Below, in pieces: positions 29,249-42,650 of a stretch of DNA of 64,000 nucleotides (positions are counted from its first letter, which is position 1; every line of letters starts with the position of its first letter). The notes beneath the pieces were generated by a model. That model was not told the DNA's origin and ran no database searches. It saw only the letters and a program-made list of their open reading frames with translations. This DNA comes from Lama guanicoe (Eukaryota): contig MU053196.1 of the NCBI GenBank assembly GCA_013239625.1, positions 62,001 through 126,000 on the forward strand, read 5' to 3'. Both the position numbers and the translations under genes were made by a program.

Positions 29249-32200
29249 ATTCTTAAAGTTGGTCACCCAAGAGTTACGCTAACAACTGCGATGTTATGGA
29301 AACATTACTGTTAAGAGTCACACCCAGGGAAAGAGCCAGATCCCTCGGAATGGACAGTCTGATTATTACCTGACAACTGAGAGAGAATTCAGTCATACAT
29401 ACAAGTATCAATAAGTTGTGATAAGCCTCACAATAACATGTCAAATTTCTGCCTGTTTTTCTAAGGTTGCACATTAGCCAGAAAAAGCCTTCAAAATATT
29501 CAGATGCTATGGCTGATCCTGTTGTCAGTTTACTTGAATTTCACTGATAGTACATACATGAAAACACTGCTCTCAATCATCATCAACATTTTTCTAGCAA
29601 ATAGAGAACAGGCAGATAAGAAAGGTGAAACACAAAAAAAACAGTGCAAACTTTCATAAAAAGTCTCACAAAAAAGTAACAGCTCTTCAAACAGCTCCAC
29701 ATCTGCATCTGCAGGTCCCAGACTCAAAGCTGGCAGGGACCAGCCAGCAGACGCTGCTGCGCCCCGGGCTGCCTCTTCCCTCCACATTCTTTCTTTAGGT
29801 GGTACCATCCTGTGTTGTACCTTCTAAATACTTAAATGTTCTGAAAAAAATATAAAGTGTCAAAGCAAGTGAGACATGCTGCCACTTTTTAAAAACGGGA
29901 AGAAGAACCCACACACACTTCCTCACGGGTGCACAGAGTACACCCCTGGGAGGACGGGGTGTATTTGGCCTCAATGAAAACTGCGCAGACAAGACATAGA
30001 GATTTTCATTCTACACCCCGTCAGACTCTTCAAATTCTGAATCATGTGAAGGCAGTTTGTATTTAACATAATTAAACCAACAGATAAAGGCAGAAGACTC
30101 CCCATCTTCTTTCTCTCATTAGCATTTAAATCGCACAAAGGCAGAGATTTTTGTCTATTTTTTCACTGCTATATATCCCCTCTGCCTAGCTCACAGCTGG
30201 TGCTCGGAAAATATCTGTTCAATGAAAGAACTCCCTAACCTCTCCAGTAAGTTCCAGACTTGTACATCCTCCCCTGCACCTCACCATCAAATAGGCCATC
30301 CTTAGTATGTCCCACCCATCCCTGTCCCCGCAGAACAGCCTGCTCCTCACACCTCTTTCCAGCTCAATCCATGTACCACTGGCCACCAGGAAAGCCCCAA
30401 ACCCATGAGTCACCCCTGTCCCAACCAACTGCATTCCCAGCCAAACATGCCAAGTTCGGTACCTTTAAATCCAAAACACAGCCCACCCTCTTTTCCACCT
30501 GACTGCAGTCACACTGGAACCTCCCACAGCCTTCTCCCTGGCACCCAGTCTTCTTCAGTCAGACTGTAAACCACCCCAGCACCCCCAGCTTCACACAGAG
30601 GCCCAGAGCTTTTCAATGCACCTGAAGAATAAAAGCCAGCCCCTCTGGGATAACAGACCTCACGTGACCTGACTCCTGGCAGCGACCTAACCTCTTACCT
30701 CCCGCCAGGGTCCATGCTCACTGACTTCCTATCAGTTGCCGAGCCAGAGACTGAACCACCTCTGGGCATTTCCATGTGCTGCTCCCTCAGACAGGAACAC
30801 TCTCCCCTCAGACTTCCAAAGGCGAAATCATTCTGTTTTCAGACAGCAGGTCAAAAGTCACCTCAGACAGGTCTTTCCTGACCACAGCATCCGAAGCCAT
30901 CTTTCCCAGTCACTACCACAATACCCTATTTCACTCCCTTGGCAGCACTTAGGACTCTCTGAAATCACTTTTATTTCGTAATTCCTTTGTCTTTCCCTTA
31001 CCTCCCAGAACTGAAGCTCCAGGAAGGCAGAAATTTCACATTTTGTTTTCGGCTGTAGCCCTAATGCCTCCAGTACTCCTCGCTTACAAACCAGGTGCTT
31101 AGTAAGTCTTGAACTAACAGAAAAGCAAAAGTGACTTAAAGAAGGGCCACGACATTTAACTCAGTGACAGGCTGGTGAAGATAAAAGACAGGACTAAATT
31201 ATCTTCACCCCTAAAACAATGAAAAAGCAACACAGAGTGGAGAGTGAAGAAAGCATTTCAGATGTAGGCGAGAAAAGGTATTTTTCAAACTCCGTGCACG
31301 CACACTACAGAGATGTTCCCCCAACTTACAAACAGCACCTGAAAAAAAAAAAGAAAAAAAGAGTAACTCGAAACGCTTTGTACATCAGCTATTTCATCTC
31401 TGACTCTCTTGGAAGGGTCTCCCAAACAGTGCATTTAGGTAAAAGAAGCAGAACACGACCAATGTGTTCAACTGTCTGTCTTGGAAAAGAATGTGAGGCT
31501 GTGAGGAGGAGTGTTTTCGGACGCCTATTACGCGGTCAGTAGGAAATCCGAACTGAGTGAACACTGCCCACATTTCACTACGCGTGTAGATTTGGGACAG
31601 GTCTCGTTCAAACATTTCTATCCTGTGAAACCAAAGAACCTATAGCGAATGTTAATAGTTTTTTCTTGTTACCTTCAGAATTTAAACTTGCAAGGCACTG
31701 TCCTTCAGCGGGGAACAGCTGTGCCGGGGAAGGGAGAGGACCTAACCCAACAACAGTGCGCCCCGCGGACGTCCGTGCGCCCGCACGCTCGCGGGCCCGG
31801 GCTCCCGGCACGGAGCCGGCGCTCCGGAGGGCCCCGGAGGCTCCCACTCCACCGGCCCCCGCGCTGAGACAGGCGGGCCCGCACGCAGGACGCTCCCCGG
31901 AGCCACCGGCCGTCGCCGTCTGCGGAAACAAAAGTGAAAACGCCGCGGCCAGGACGCTAGGGGCGGACGCCCCACCGCGCGGAGCCGTGCGCCCGCGTGA
32001 GCGCGTAAATAAGCGGAGAACACGCACTCGCACCTTCCCCCCGGCAAGAAAATGGGGCCGAGGGAGGGCAGCCGAGGCTGGCCAGGGGCTCAGGGGACGG
32101 CCGCAGGGCCGGGCCGGCGCGGGGCCCGCTCCCACGGCCGGACACCCCGGCCTCACCGGCCCCGGCCCCCCCTCCCCCTCCGCGCCCCCAGCCCCTCTCC

Positions 32201-32276
32201 CCGCCCGGCCCCGCCACCCACCAGCGGGACGAAGGACCCCCGGGGCCCGCGGCCGCTCCGGGCCCCCGCGGGTTAC

Positions 32277-32389
32277 CTGCTGCGGAGGCGGGGCGGGGGC
32301 AGGGGCCGGGGCCGGGGCGTGGGCGGCCCGCGGGCGCGCAGGACCGAGCCGGCGGGGAGGGTGGGCGGCGGCGGCTGTCAGCTCCGTCC
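32277..32389 (-). other. CUL2: CUL2 non-coding exon 1 (visible 3' part; TSS probably in or near the N gap)
   Basis: Strong donor CAG|GTAACC at 32277/32276 in the centre of the CpG island, upstream of exon 2. Confidence 0.72.
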
Positions 32390-32649
32390 NNNNNNNNNNN
32401 NNNNNNNNNNNNNNNNNNNNNNNNNNNNNNNNNNNNNNNNNNNNNNNNNNNNNNNNNNNNNNNNNNNNNNNNNNNNNNNNNNNNNNNNNNNNNNNNNNNN
32501 NNNNNNNNNNNNNNNNNNNNNNNNNNNNNNNNNNNNNNNNNNNNNNNNNNNNNNNNNNNNNNNNNNNNNNNNNNNNNNNNNNNNNNNNNNNNNNNNNNNN
32601 NNNNNNNNNNNNNNNNNNNNNNNNNNNNNNNNNNNNNNNNNNNNNNNNN
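32390..32649. other. Assembly gap (260 N) in the GC-rich CUL2 promoter
   Basis: Run of n. Confidence 1.
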
Positions 32650-33669
32650 GGGTGCGGGTGCGGGGGGCGGGAGCCGGCGTGTCGGGGTAGGAAAGCGGGG
32701 TCCAAGCCCGGGGCCGCTGACAGGAGTGACAGAAGCAGGTTTCCACGCGAGCTCGTTCCTCTGCGTTCCAGCAACCCTGCGTGAGCGTTCCGAGACCTCG
32801 CCCCCCACTTCATGGCTTTTCAAAGATCTAGAGGTAATAGCAAAACTGAAATATGGAAACGAATACGTGTCTGTATATGCGTGACTGGGACATGGTGCGG
32901 GACGCCAGAAACTGCCACATTGTAACTGACGATACTTAAATAAAAGTAAAAAAAATTTAAATAAAAAAAATGTACTATCAGAACGACTCTTCCTCGGACC
33001 CAGCCCTTTGCAGCGGGTTTTATCGGCAGACGCCGCGGGACACAGTGTGCGTGCTCAGTCCAGGCCGGCCCCGCCGCGCCTGTCCGTCCGGGGCCTCCGC
33101 ACCTGCAGCCTCCAACGTGGTGCTCACAGAAGTGCGGACGCGCGCCGGGGCCTTACCCAGCCGCCAGATCGCAGAAGTCAAGTGCGGTCTGCTGCGTGCG
33201 GACCGAGCAAGACCTTGCCTCCCAGCACTCTTTTCTTCCAACTATTTGGACCAGTCCTCCAAGGCCCGCTTAAAATCCTGACTTCTGACCTGGTAAGTCC
33301 CACCAGTCGGTCTCCTGTTCGCATCTGCCCCTCCGGGCACTGAAAGTCTGCTCTCCTTACTTTAGGAAAGTCGTTGTATGCTGAATTCAGTGTCCGTTAT
33401 GTGACCTGTTTTCTCACACGTCTCCGCCTTCTAATTCAGTAACTCTCAAAGTGTGATTCTCCAGGCCTCTGAAAGTCTCCAAGACCTTTTCAGGGCTCTC
33501 AAGGCTGAAGACACTCTCCATCGTAAACGACACGTTCTTTGTGTTTCATTCTGGGTTCACCCAGCACTGCTGACGTCACCCCAGCAGGAGTCCAGAGGGT
33601 GGCACGAAACGACCCCACTCGTCTGTCATCTCTGCCACACACTCCCAGTTTCTTTTTTAGTTTAATTTA

Positions 33670-34050
33670 GAAATATCCTTGATAAAATGGTAAAAAAAAA
33701 TAATGTTCTAACTGCAACCCGAGCACACTCTTTGTAACGCTGTGAGTTGCGGAAGGCACTCGTGCCCTCTTGCTGTGCACCGAAGCGGCACTGTCCCCCC
33801 GAGGGAAGACACTTGCTTCAGTGGCTCAGAGGCATAGGGAACTAGCTGCTTTTCACGGAGGACCATTCTTCCTTGAAAGGACAACTGACACAAAAACCAA
33901 TGTTACTCTAACTTGGGAAGTGAGACACACTTCCCCAAAATGAATAAAGTGAGCCGGACGCTTCAAGCAAAGCAACTGAGAGTGTTTGTTGCCAATGGTA
34001 AAAATTAGCTTTCAAGTGGAATTTGGAAAATTTTTGTCAACACTGTCAAC
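33670..34050. mobile_element. Charlie1-like hAT fragment
   Basis: AAATGAATAAAGTGAGCC...CTTCAAGCAAAGCAACTGAGAGTGTTTGTTGCCAATG motif. Confidence 0.6.
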
Positions 34051-34272
34051 GGAAATAATCAATAAAAAACTATAGATAAACAACAAGGTCCTACTACACA
34101 GCACAGGGAACTATATTCAATGCCTTTTAATGACATAATGAAAAAATATGAAAAGGAATATATATGTGTATAAATGAATCACTATGCCGGACACCAGAAA
34201 TTAACATAACATTGTAAATAGACTATACTTCATTTTAAAAAAAAATCTATAATAGGTGTAGAAAGTTTTAGT

Positions 34273-34430
34273 GGGGGAGGGTATAGCTCAGGTAGCAGGG
34301 TGCATGCTTAGCATGTGTGAGGTCCTGGGTTCAATCCCCAGTACCTCCATTAAAAGTAAGTGAATAAACAAACCTAATTACTTCCCCTTCTAAAAATTTT
34401 TTTTTAATTTTTTTAAAGCAAATTTAAAAA
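34273..34430 (+). mobile_element. tRNA-derived SINE (vic-1-like)
   Basis: GGGGGAGGGTATAGCTCAGGTAG...GAGGTCCTGGGTTCAATCCCCAGTACCTCC plus AT-rich tail. Confidence 0.88.
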
Positions 34431-34699
34431 GGAAAAGAGTTTTTACCAGCCAAACTGAGGATCATAGACCAGGAGATACAAATTCAAGTAGCACTTAAAT
34501 TGTGTTCCTCCAGGCTACAAAATGGGAGAGGCCTATGTGTACTCATATGTATCTAAATCTGAATCATCTTTTCTTAAACGTTTACTGGAGATTCGCATTT
34601 CGTGGTTATATCATTTATTAAAACACCTTTCCATCTTTTGTTTCTAGTAAACTAAAAAAGAAAAAGATGTTGAAGAACAGTTTTCATGTTTGGAGTAGC

Positions 34700-35800
34700 T
34701 GAGTAAGGAGCTGTTTTGTGCTTATAAAAGGACAAGGCTCCTCTGTGGAGACATATCTGGCTGGAGGGCTGCAGCAGGAAATGCAAGATGAGCTGGAACA
34801 TCTTGGTGTAAGGAAGTAAGGAAGTGCTCAGAGAAAAAAATCCATGTTGGTAGGAGCCTGTCAGAGGGCACTGGAGCCCACTGAAGCTCCCATCAGCCAA
34901 AGCTAGAATAGTGTGGGCAAGAAAATACTGGAGCCGTGGATTACAGCCCCTTGGACCAAGTGATACCATGGGCCCACCCTGAGATACAGAAATTACTGAA
35001 TGAGGCATTACCTCGGGGAGAGGAAACGGCCTCCTGCGGGAGAGTCCTGAATCAATTCTGTAGGTATTCCAGCTGAAGGAAGGGGAGCATAACTCCCCCC
35101 TCCCTAAGTATAGACTGGGAAAGGCGACTTCCTTCTAAAGAATACAACAGAGAAAGGGAATTTAAGTTCTCTACAGTGGAGAAACCCGGCACAGGTCCTC
35201 TCAGCCAGGTGATGAAGGTTGACATGAGCAATGACGACGTGCTGCTGGCAGTGTGTCCCCTTGAAGCCCTGAGAGGAGAAGGGTATTTACATCTGTGATC
35301 TTCCTCCCCACCCCCAGTTCCAGTCTAATCATGAGGAAAATGCCAGGAGAGGGGCATTGTACAAGATACCCGGCCAGTCGTCCTCAGAACTGTCAAGGTC
35401 ATTGACACCAAGATAAGCCTTATCTCCATAAATCTGGAAGAAAAAAAAAACACAAAGACACAAACAACAAAACAAGGTAAGTCTGAGGAACTATCCCAGC
35501 CAAGAGGAGACATGACTGCTGAATGTAACAGGGGTTCCTATAGAGAATCCTGGAACAGAAAAAGGACATTAGGTAAAAACTAAGGAAATTTGAATTGTAT
35601 GGGTTATAGTTAATAACAATACATCAAAATACATTCATTAATTGTAACAAATGCACTATCTCAATATAAGACGCCAACAGGGAAAACTGGGGATGGGGAG
35701 AGAGGGTATATGGGAGCTCTCTACTGCTCAGTGTCTGTGTAAATCTAAAACTATTCTAAAAAATAAAGTCTACTCATTTTTTAAAACCTCATTACTTGTA
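34700..35800 (+). mobile_element. L1MC-like 3' region
   Basis: GGAACAGAAAAAGGACATTAGGTAAAAACTAAGGAAATTTGAAT...TAAATCTAAAACTATTCTAAAAAATAAAG. Confidence 0.75.
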
Positions 35801-36269
35801 CACTTAAAAAAAAGAAAAAGTACAAAGTCTCTAATCAGCAAAGCTAGGGTCCCGTGAGATTTTTCCGTACAGGAAGGTGGAACCAATTGCAAAGTTTTTT
35901 TAATCTATGCCTCTCCTAGACAATTCTGGTTCAAAGCTATTTAAAAAAAATCATTCTCTTTTAAATTAAAAATTACCTATGAATCCTCTATATTTCTTTG
36001 CAGCCGTACTCAGCCAAGCAATTTAACAAGATCAAAGCTATGTCAAAAGAGAGCTCATTTTAAAGAAATACAGTGCATTTGGAAAGTGATTCCCCAGGAT
36101 TGGGAAGACAGAGTGAATCTGAGTAATGGGTTACAGTAAATAACATGATATGTCAAAGAAAGAGAGATGACATTTTTCTCAACTGTTATATCATATTAAA
36201 AATATGTGCCACTAGAGTGAAACAAACCCTGATCCACCCAGGAACTGTAATGCCAGAGAGTATTTAATA

Positions 36270-39085
36270 TCTACTATCTTAGCATCTTTCAATATGTAAT
36301 ACAGTATTGTTAACTGTAATCACCATGCCATGAAAAATGCCATTGGAATTTTGACAGGGATTGCATTGAATCTATAGATTGCTTTGGGTAGTATGAACAT
36401 TTTAACAAAATTCATTCTTCCAATCCATGAATGTAGAATTCCTTTCCATTTATTTGTGTCTTCTTTAACTTCTTTCATCAATGTCTTATAGTTGTCAGTG
36501 TACAGATCTTTCACCTCCTTGGTTAAATTTATTTCTAGATATTTTATTCTTTTTGATGCAATTGTAAATGGGATTGTTTTCTTAACTTCTCCTTCAAATA
36601 GTTCATTGTTAGTATAAAAAATGCAACAGATTTTTGTATATTGATTTTGTATCTGCAAATTTACTGAATTAGCTTATTAGTTCTAACAGTTTTTAAGTGG
36701 AGTCTTTAGGGTTTTCTGTACATAAAATCATAGTCTGAAAATAGTGACAGTTATACATCTCCCTTTCCAATTTGGATGGCTTTTCTTTTCTTGTTTTTTT
36801 TTTCTTTTTTTTTGCCTAATTGTTCTGTCTAGAACTTCCAATACTGTTGAATAAAAGTGACGAGTGGGCATCCTTGTCTTATTCCTGATCTTAGGGGTTA
36901 AGTTTTCAGCTTTTCACCCCTGAGTATAATGTTAGCTGTGGGCTTGTCATCTATGACCTTTATTATGTTGAGGTACAGTCCCTTTATGCACTGAGAGTTG
37001 AGAGTTTTTATCATAAGTGAATGTTGAATTTTGTCAAATGCTTTTCATGCATCTATTGAGGATATCATATGATTATTCTCCTTCATTTTGTGAATGTGGT
37101 ATATCACATTGCTTGAATTGTGGGTACTGAACCATCCTTGCATCCCTGGAATAAATATCACTTGATCATGGTGTATGATCTTTTTGATGCATTCCTGAAA
37201 TCGGTATGCTAATGTTTTGTTGAGGACTTTGGCATCTAAATTCATCAGGGATATTGGCCTGTAATTTTTTTTATATCGTTCTTGTCTTATTTTGGTTATA
37301 AGGGTAATGCTGGCCTGGTAAAATGAATTTGGAATCATTCACTCTTATTCAATTTTTTGCAAGAGTTTGAAAACCATAGGTATCTTTGCATGTTTGGTGG
37401 AATTCACCAGTGAAGCTCTCTGGTCCTGGATCTGTTTGTTTGGAGTTTTTAAATTATTGATTCAATTTCATTACTGATCAACTTGTTCTATTTCTTCCAG
37501 ATTCAGTCTTTGAACATTGTACATTGCTAGAAATTTATTCATTTCTTCTAAGTTACTCGATTTGTTGATGTAAAGCAGTTCCTAGTAGTCTTAATGTCCT
37601 TCGAGTTTCTTTGATGTCAGTTGTAACTTCTCTTTCTTTTCTGATTTTATTTGTTTGTCCTTCTCTCTTTTTTCTTTAGTGAATCTAGCTATAGGTTTGT
37701 CAACTTTGTCTTTTCTAAGAAACCAGCGTTTAGTTTCATCAATCTTTTTTATTGTCTTTTAGATCTTTATTTCACTTACTTCCACTATGATCTTTATGAT
37801 TTTATTCCTTCTATTAATTTGGGGCCTCCTTTTTTTGCCTAGTTACTTTAGGTGTAAAGTTAGATTGTTTATTTAAAATTGAGGTAAGCTTGTTGCTGTG
37901 AACTTCTTTCTCATGCTTTTGCTGCATCCCATAAGTTCTGGTATGTTGTATTTCCATTTTCATTTGTCTCAAGGTATTTTTTAAATTTCCTCTGTAATTT
38001 CTTCATTGGCTCATTGGTTGTTCAGTAGCATATTGTTTAATCTCTATATATGTTTGTGATTTTTCTAGCTTTTTTCTTGCAATTTACTTCTCATTTACAC
38101 CATGTGGTCAGAAAAGATGCTTGATATGACTTCATTCTTCTTAATTTTACTGAGACTTGCTTTGTGGCCTAATATATAATGTATCCTGGAGAATGTTTCA
38201 TGTGCTTTTAAGAAGAATGTGTATTGTTGCTTTTGGGTGGAAGTTTGTACATATCTGTTAAGCTCATCCAGTCTCACGTTTCCTTATTACTTTCTGTTTG
38301 GATGATCTATTCATTGATGTAAGTTGGGTATTAAAGTCCCCTATTATAATTGTTGCTGTCTATTTTTCCATTTGGGTCTGTTAATATTTGCTTTATATAT
38401 TTAGGTGCTTCTATATTGGGTACATAAATATGATACACGTAATCTCTTCTTGTCGGATTGACCCCTTTATCAGTATGTAAGCAAATGCTAGTAAGGTAGA
38501 GTGAGAGGGCAAAAATGGTGCTCACTGGCATCTCTGTCTCCAGAGAAAGTCCCAACAGGCCTTTGTCCCGCTGGTAGATGATTATGACAAGCAAATGAAT
38601 CTCCTGCACATAGGGTCTAGGTACTTTTCAAATTGCTGCTTTTGCACTGGGTCCTGAGGTGAGTGAGAATGCACTTGATCCGTTAAGAGTCGAGTCTCAG
38701 TTCCCTACAGCCTGGAGGTAAGCCCCACTGATTTTCAACACCCAGCGTTCTGGGGGCTCGTCTCTCTGGTACTAGTCCCAAGGGCTGTGGTGCCTGATAT
38801 GGCATGGGAACCCCTCGCTCCTTAGGTGGAAGCTTCATGTTTGTGAGATCTCTCCAAATTATGGGTCACCACGCTGGAGATGGAGTTTTTGGTGGGACCT
38901 CTTCTCTGCCTCTGCTGCCCATCTCAGTGTAGCCCTTTCATCCTTTGTTGTACAGGACCAGTTCAGCTAGTTTTCAGATCTTTTTCAGAGGGAATGGTTC
39001 CATATGCAGCTGGGGATTTGGTGTGTCTGTGGGAGGAGGTGAGTTAGGAATCTTCCTACACCGCCATGATGAACCACCTCCTCAA
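36270..39085 (-). mobile_element. Internally deleted L1 (5' end, partial ORF2, short 3'UTR piece)
   Basis: ORF2 RT-region peptides in ORFs 37045..37338 ([17 protein letters not shown]) and 36320..36658; L1 5'-terminus-like GAGGAGGTGGTTCATCATGGCGG on the minus strand at ~39083. Confidence 0.9.
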
Positions 39086-40028
39086 TTCTATTTTTAAAAA
39101 TTGAAAGCACAAATTGTGTAAAAATTTATGGGAATAAAAACTGAAAATTGAAATATTATGCCTAGTAGTCCAATGCTTTTTATAATTAAGAACATTATTT
39201 TTCACCTTTTGTGGTAGAATGATTAAGTCCAGCACACAGAGGATACTAGACTGGAAGAGTCCCAAGTTTATGTCCAGGTCACACATTTCACAGTTCCATC
39301 TATAGGCTTTACCTGTCTGTGTTGGAAAAGGATAAATTGTGAAGACGATGAATGATATTTGAAAAGAAAACCAACTCAAGCTATAGCACTTGGTTTTAGA
39401 ATAGACATATTTTCAAACATTTTGAAATGTGAGAAGTATCCAATAAATTTTATGTAAGAGACTTACAAACAAAAGTCCAAAAATCCATTACTTGTGTGTT
39501 TAATATGTCTTACAAGGTTTCAAAAAAGCAAGCATACTTATACATTTAAAGTCTCATTTATTAGAGAATAACAGTACTTGAATTTGAAACCAGTCCAGTG
39601 AAGTTTGCTCAAAGATGCAGGTTTACGTTCCTGAGTATGAATTTGGTCTTGAACATAAGGTCAGAAAAGAGTGCAATTACAGTTACGTTTGATAGTGTTG
39701 GACATATTCCCCATCTAATGGGCGGATACTTTCCAATATTATCTCCTGCTACCCACCCAACTTATCCTGTTACTAAACTAAAATTTTCTCTGTTTCTAGA
39801 AGAATCAGGTCCCTTAGTGATTCTTTGCATTTGTGTACATTGTCCCTCTCTCAGGACTCTCGTCTGTGGAAGTTGTATTCCTCCTCCAAGACCCTGTTCT
39901 CCCAACCATCCTAACCCTACCATCAAGCTGAGCTAGTATTGACAGTCGTACTTCTGCATGAACACCCTCCCTTTCATTCTGTAACATATCTACTCACATA
40001 TAGATCACCCTGACTAGACGTCAGGCTC

Positions 40029-40435
40029 TGTGAAGGGTCTGAGAATTTATACTACTTGGAAGCATACAAGTCGCCGCTGTTTCATGGATGTGGGCAGAAG
40101 ACAGGAAACTCTCGGATCCAAGACAAAGACTTTGTTACGTACGTCACAGCGGGAAGCATGGGCTTCACATTCACACTGGTTTCCCGTGTCCCCCAGCGAG
40201 TGCCACAGGGGTGACTTGAAGCAGCCCAGGTGACTGTTGAGTCCATGGCGGATCTGTGTTATATCTGAGGAACCCTGAGCTCAGGAATCTCAAATCTTTA
40301 ACAATCAGCTGCTTTGTAATAGCCTGTTTGCTATTCAGCATCCTTGAAAATGTGGTCTGGAGCAAAAGTAGTCAGTGCTGCTGTCTGCAAGATGAACAGA
40401 AATACGAGAGAGCCACGGGGAAAATCTGCCAACAC
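40029..40435 (-). mobile_element. Old solo LTR (probably ERVL-type, family uncertain)
   Basis: TG...CA bounded ~400-bp segment beginning TGTGAAGGGTCTGAGAATTTA, resembling recalled ERVL LTR consensus sequences. Confidence 0.5.
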
Positions 40436-40708
40436 TAGACTGAAAAGCTACCGAGCAATGACTATGTGCAAAACAGCAGGGAAGATATAAGAAGGCTGAG
40501 ACATGACCAATGGGACACTCAATGACTGTTGATTGCATGAACGAATGATTTGAGTAAGTGGGAAATTACTGGGCCACATGGGTATGTGTATTTCCATGAC
40601 AGACATGTTTGCCTCTAGTTCCATATTCCTGCTGCACAATCTAATGTCCTTGATTTTGGAAGTAAGCTTTGGAATCAATTATTAAATTGATTTTGTTTTC
40701 ATATTTTT

Positions 40709-40830
40709 TTGGGGGGGGAGGAGGTAATTAGGTTTATCTTTATTTATTTTTAAAGGAGGTACCGGGGACTGAACCCAGGTCCTTGTGCATGTTAAGCATG
40801 TGCTCTACCACTGAGCGATACCCTCCCTCT
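40709..40830 (-). mobile_element. tRNA-derived SINE (vic-1-like)
   Basis: Reverse complement of the SINE at 42201. Confidence 0.87.
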
Positions 40831-42200
40831 AAGCTGGTTTCTTGACTGGCAATGGGCCTCATGTGAATCTGGTTAGCATGGACAAGTTAAACTTAGGACC
40901 TTCAGAGTCTCAATAGCAGTTAAAGGAGACTCAGTACTCTGCCTCTGCCTTGCCTTCTGGCCTTGGAGGCGCTCCCTCTCCTGTGTGTACTCTATGCTCC
41001 AGCCATATCAGTCCTCCTGCGCTGCCTCAGACCCCAGACGCCTTCATTTGCAGAGCCTTTCCACAGGCGTCCTTTGCCCAGAACAATTCTGTACTGACTC
41101 TCCTCCAAGATAACTCCTTCCCATCCTTCAGGGTTCAGCTGAAAGCTTCTTGTTCAGAACCAACCTGCTGCTTAGACTTGATTGAGTTCCTGTTTCATGT
41201 CCTTGATCACAAGTGTCATCAAGTAATTATTTGCATGATTGTTTACTTAATGTCTGTCTCCTCCACTTTTCTGGGTGGGGACCACGTATATCTTGCACCA
41301 TCGTATCCTTACACGTGGTACAGTGCTTGAGACACGGTCAGTCCTAATAATTACTGTTGAATCAATGGGTGGAGGAGCAATGTTGAAGTTGACCATCACC
41401 ACTGCCCCTAACTTCACTATGAAATATGAATCTGCCTCTGAGGCAAGAGGGTGATATTAGTGTCACTGCATTCACAGCTATGATTAGCAGTCATCGCCAG
41501 ATGTGCTCTTACCTGTGGAGGTCTGATGCTCATGTAGATCTCAGTGCAATGGGATCTCAGCTCCCTTGGCCAGAGAACCACTAACAATTGACCATTGAGA
41601 TCCATTTATTCATTCTTGATGTATTTGTTTTGTGATCCAAAGAGCATCTAGTTAGATGACTGATTACATTATACATTTAACAAAAATATCTGAGCCACCA
41701 TGGAGAATAAAGCATGAGGTAACTCTCCAGCTATGTTGTTCTGTTATTCAACTCATCCATTGAGTTCTTTATTCCATTAATATTAGTCATACCCAATATC
41801 CAACTCAAAAATATGTATTTTTGCATTGTTTCCAATACTTTTCCTTCTTTGTCTGAAGGTTTTTAGTAAGTGCATTTGAAATTCTTATTCTGTCTGATCC
41901 CACCAGTTTGCCTTTCTCTGATACAGCAGTTCTATGAGTGGTTTACCTGAATCGTTATCTTGCTGTCAGAGGTTTTGTAAGTTCTCCCCTGGTGCCTGTA
42001 TGTATTCCTTGGGACTGTCAGCTGCCTTGGCTAGTAATGTCCACCTGAGAGAAAGAGAGAAAAGCCTAGATGTGGGTTTGTGCTGCTCCGGGTGAGCTTA
42101 GGACTTGGGAAGAGGGGTATTTCATGAGAAAACTCTTTATTCTTTAGGAAAAGATTTCTTAGGTATGACACCAAAGTCTTGATCCATAACATAACAAATT

Positions 42201-42320
42201 GGGGGGAGGGTATAGCTCAAGTGGTAGAGCACATGCTTAGCATGCACGAGGTCCTGGGTTCCATCCCCAGGACCTCCTCTAAACATAAATAAATAAGCCT
42301 AATTGCCCCCCTCAATAGAA
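42201..42320 (+). mobile_element. tRNA-derived SINE (vic-1-like) inserted in an L1 fragment (~42145-42650)
   Basis: GGGGGGAGGGTATAGCTCAAGTGGTAGAGCACATGCTTAGCATGCACGAGGTCCTGGGTTCCATCCCCAG. Confidence 0.9.
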
Positions 42321-42650
42321 AACATAAAATAACTTTGATAGACTGGATTTCATAGAAGTTAAAAACTTCTTCAAAAGCTGTTATTAGGATAATGAGACAA
42401 GCTGAGATATGGAGAAAATACTTGCAAAACACATATATAGTAAGGACTTTTATCCAGAATGTGTAAATAATTCTCCAAAGTCAATAGTAAGAAAATTTAA
42501 AAAACAATTAAAAAACAGGCAAAGACATTTCACCAAAGATATAGAGAGGGCAAATGAGCACATGAACACGTACTCGGCACCCTCAGTCATTGGGGAAATG
42601 CAAATAAAAACAACAGCGAGATTCCTCTGTACGCCTACAGGATGGCTAAC

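Larger units (their letters stand above)
31740..33200. promoter_or_regulatory. CpG island / CUL2 promoter
   Basis: Very high GC and CpG density with GC boxes; contains the exon 1 donor. Confidence 0.9.

Noticed and set aside
32028..32040. Possible alternative CUL2 exon 1 donor AAG|GTGCGA (minus strand)
   Set aside because: Weak consensus and no other support from the sequence alone.
31608..32823. Long ORFs of 212-401 aa
   Set aside because: They run through the N gap and a CpG island, are low-complexity Ala/Gly/Pro/Arg and show no recognisable homology.
36320..37338. Reverse-transcriptase-like ORFs
   Set aside because: Fragments of a decayed L1 ORF2 with frameshifts and stops; not an intact or domesticated gene.
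42201..42280. tRNA-Ala-like sequences (also at 7665, 34273 and 40709)
   Set aside because: They have AT-rich tails, flanking duplications and mutual divergence, so they are SINE copies rather than tRNA genes.
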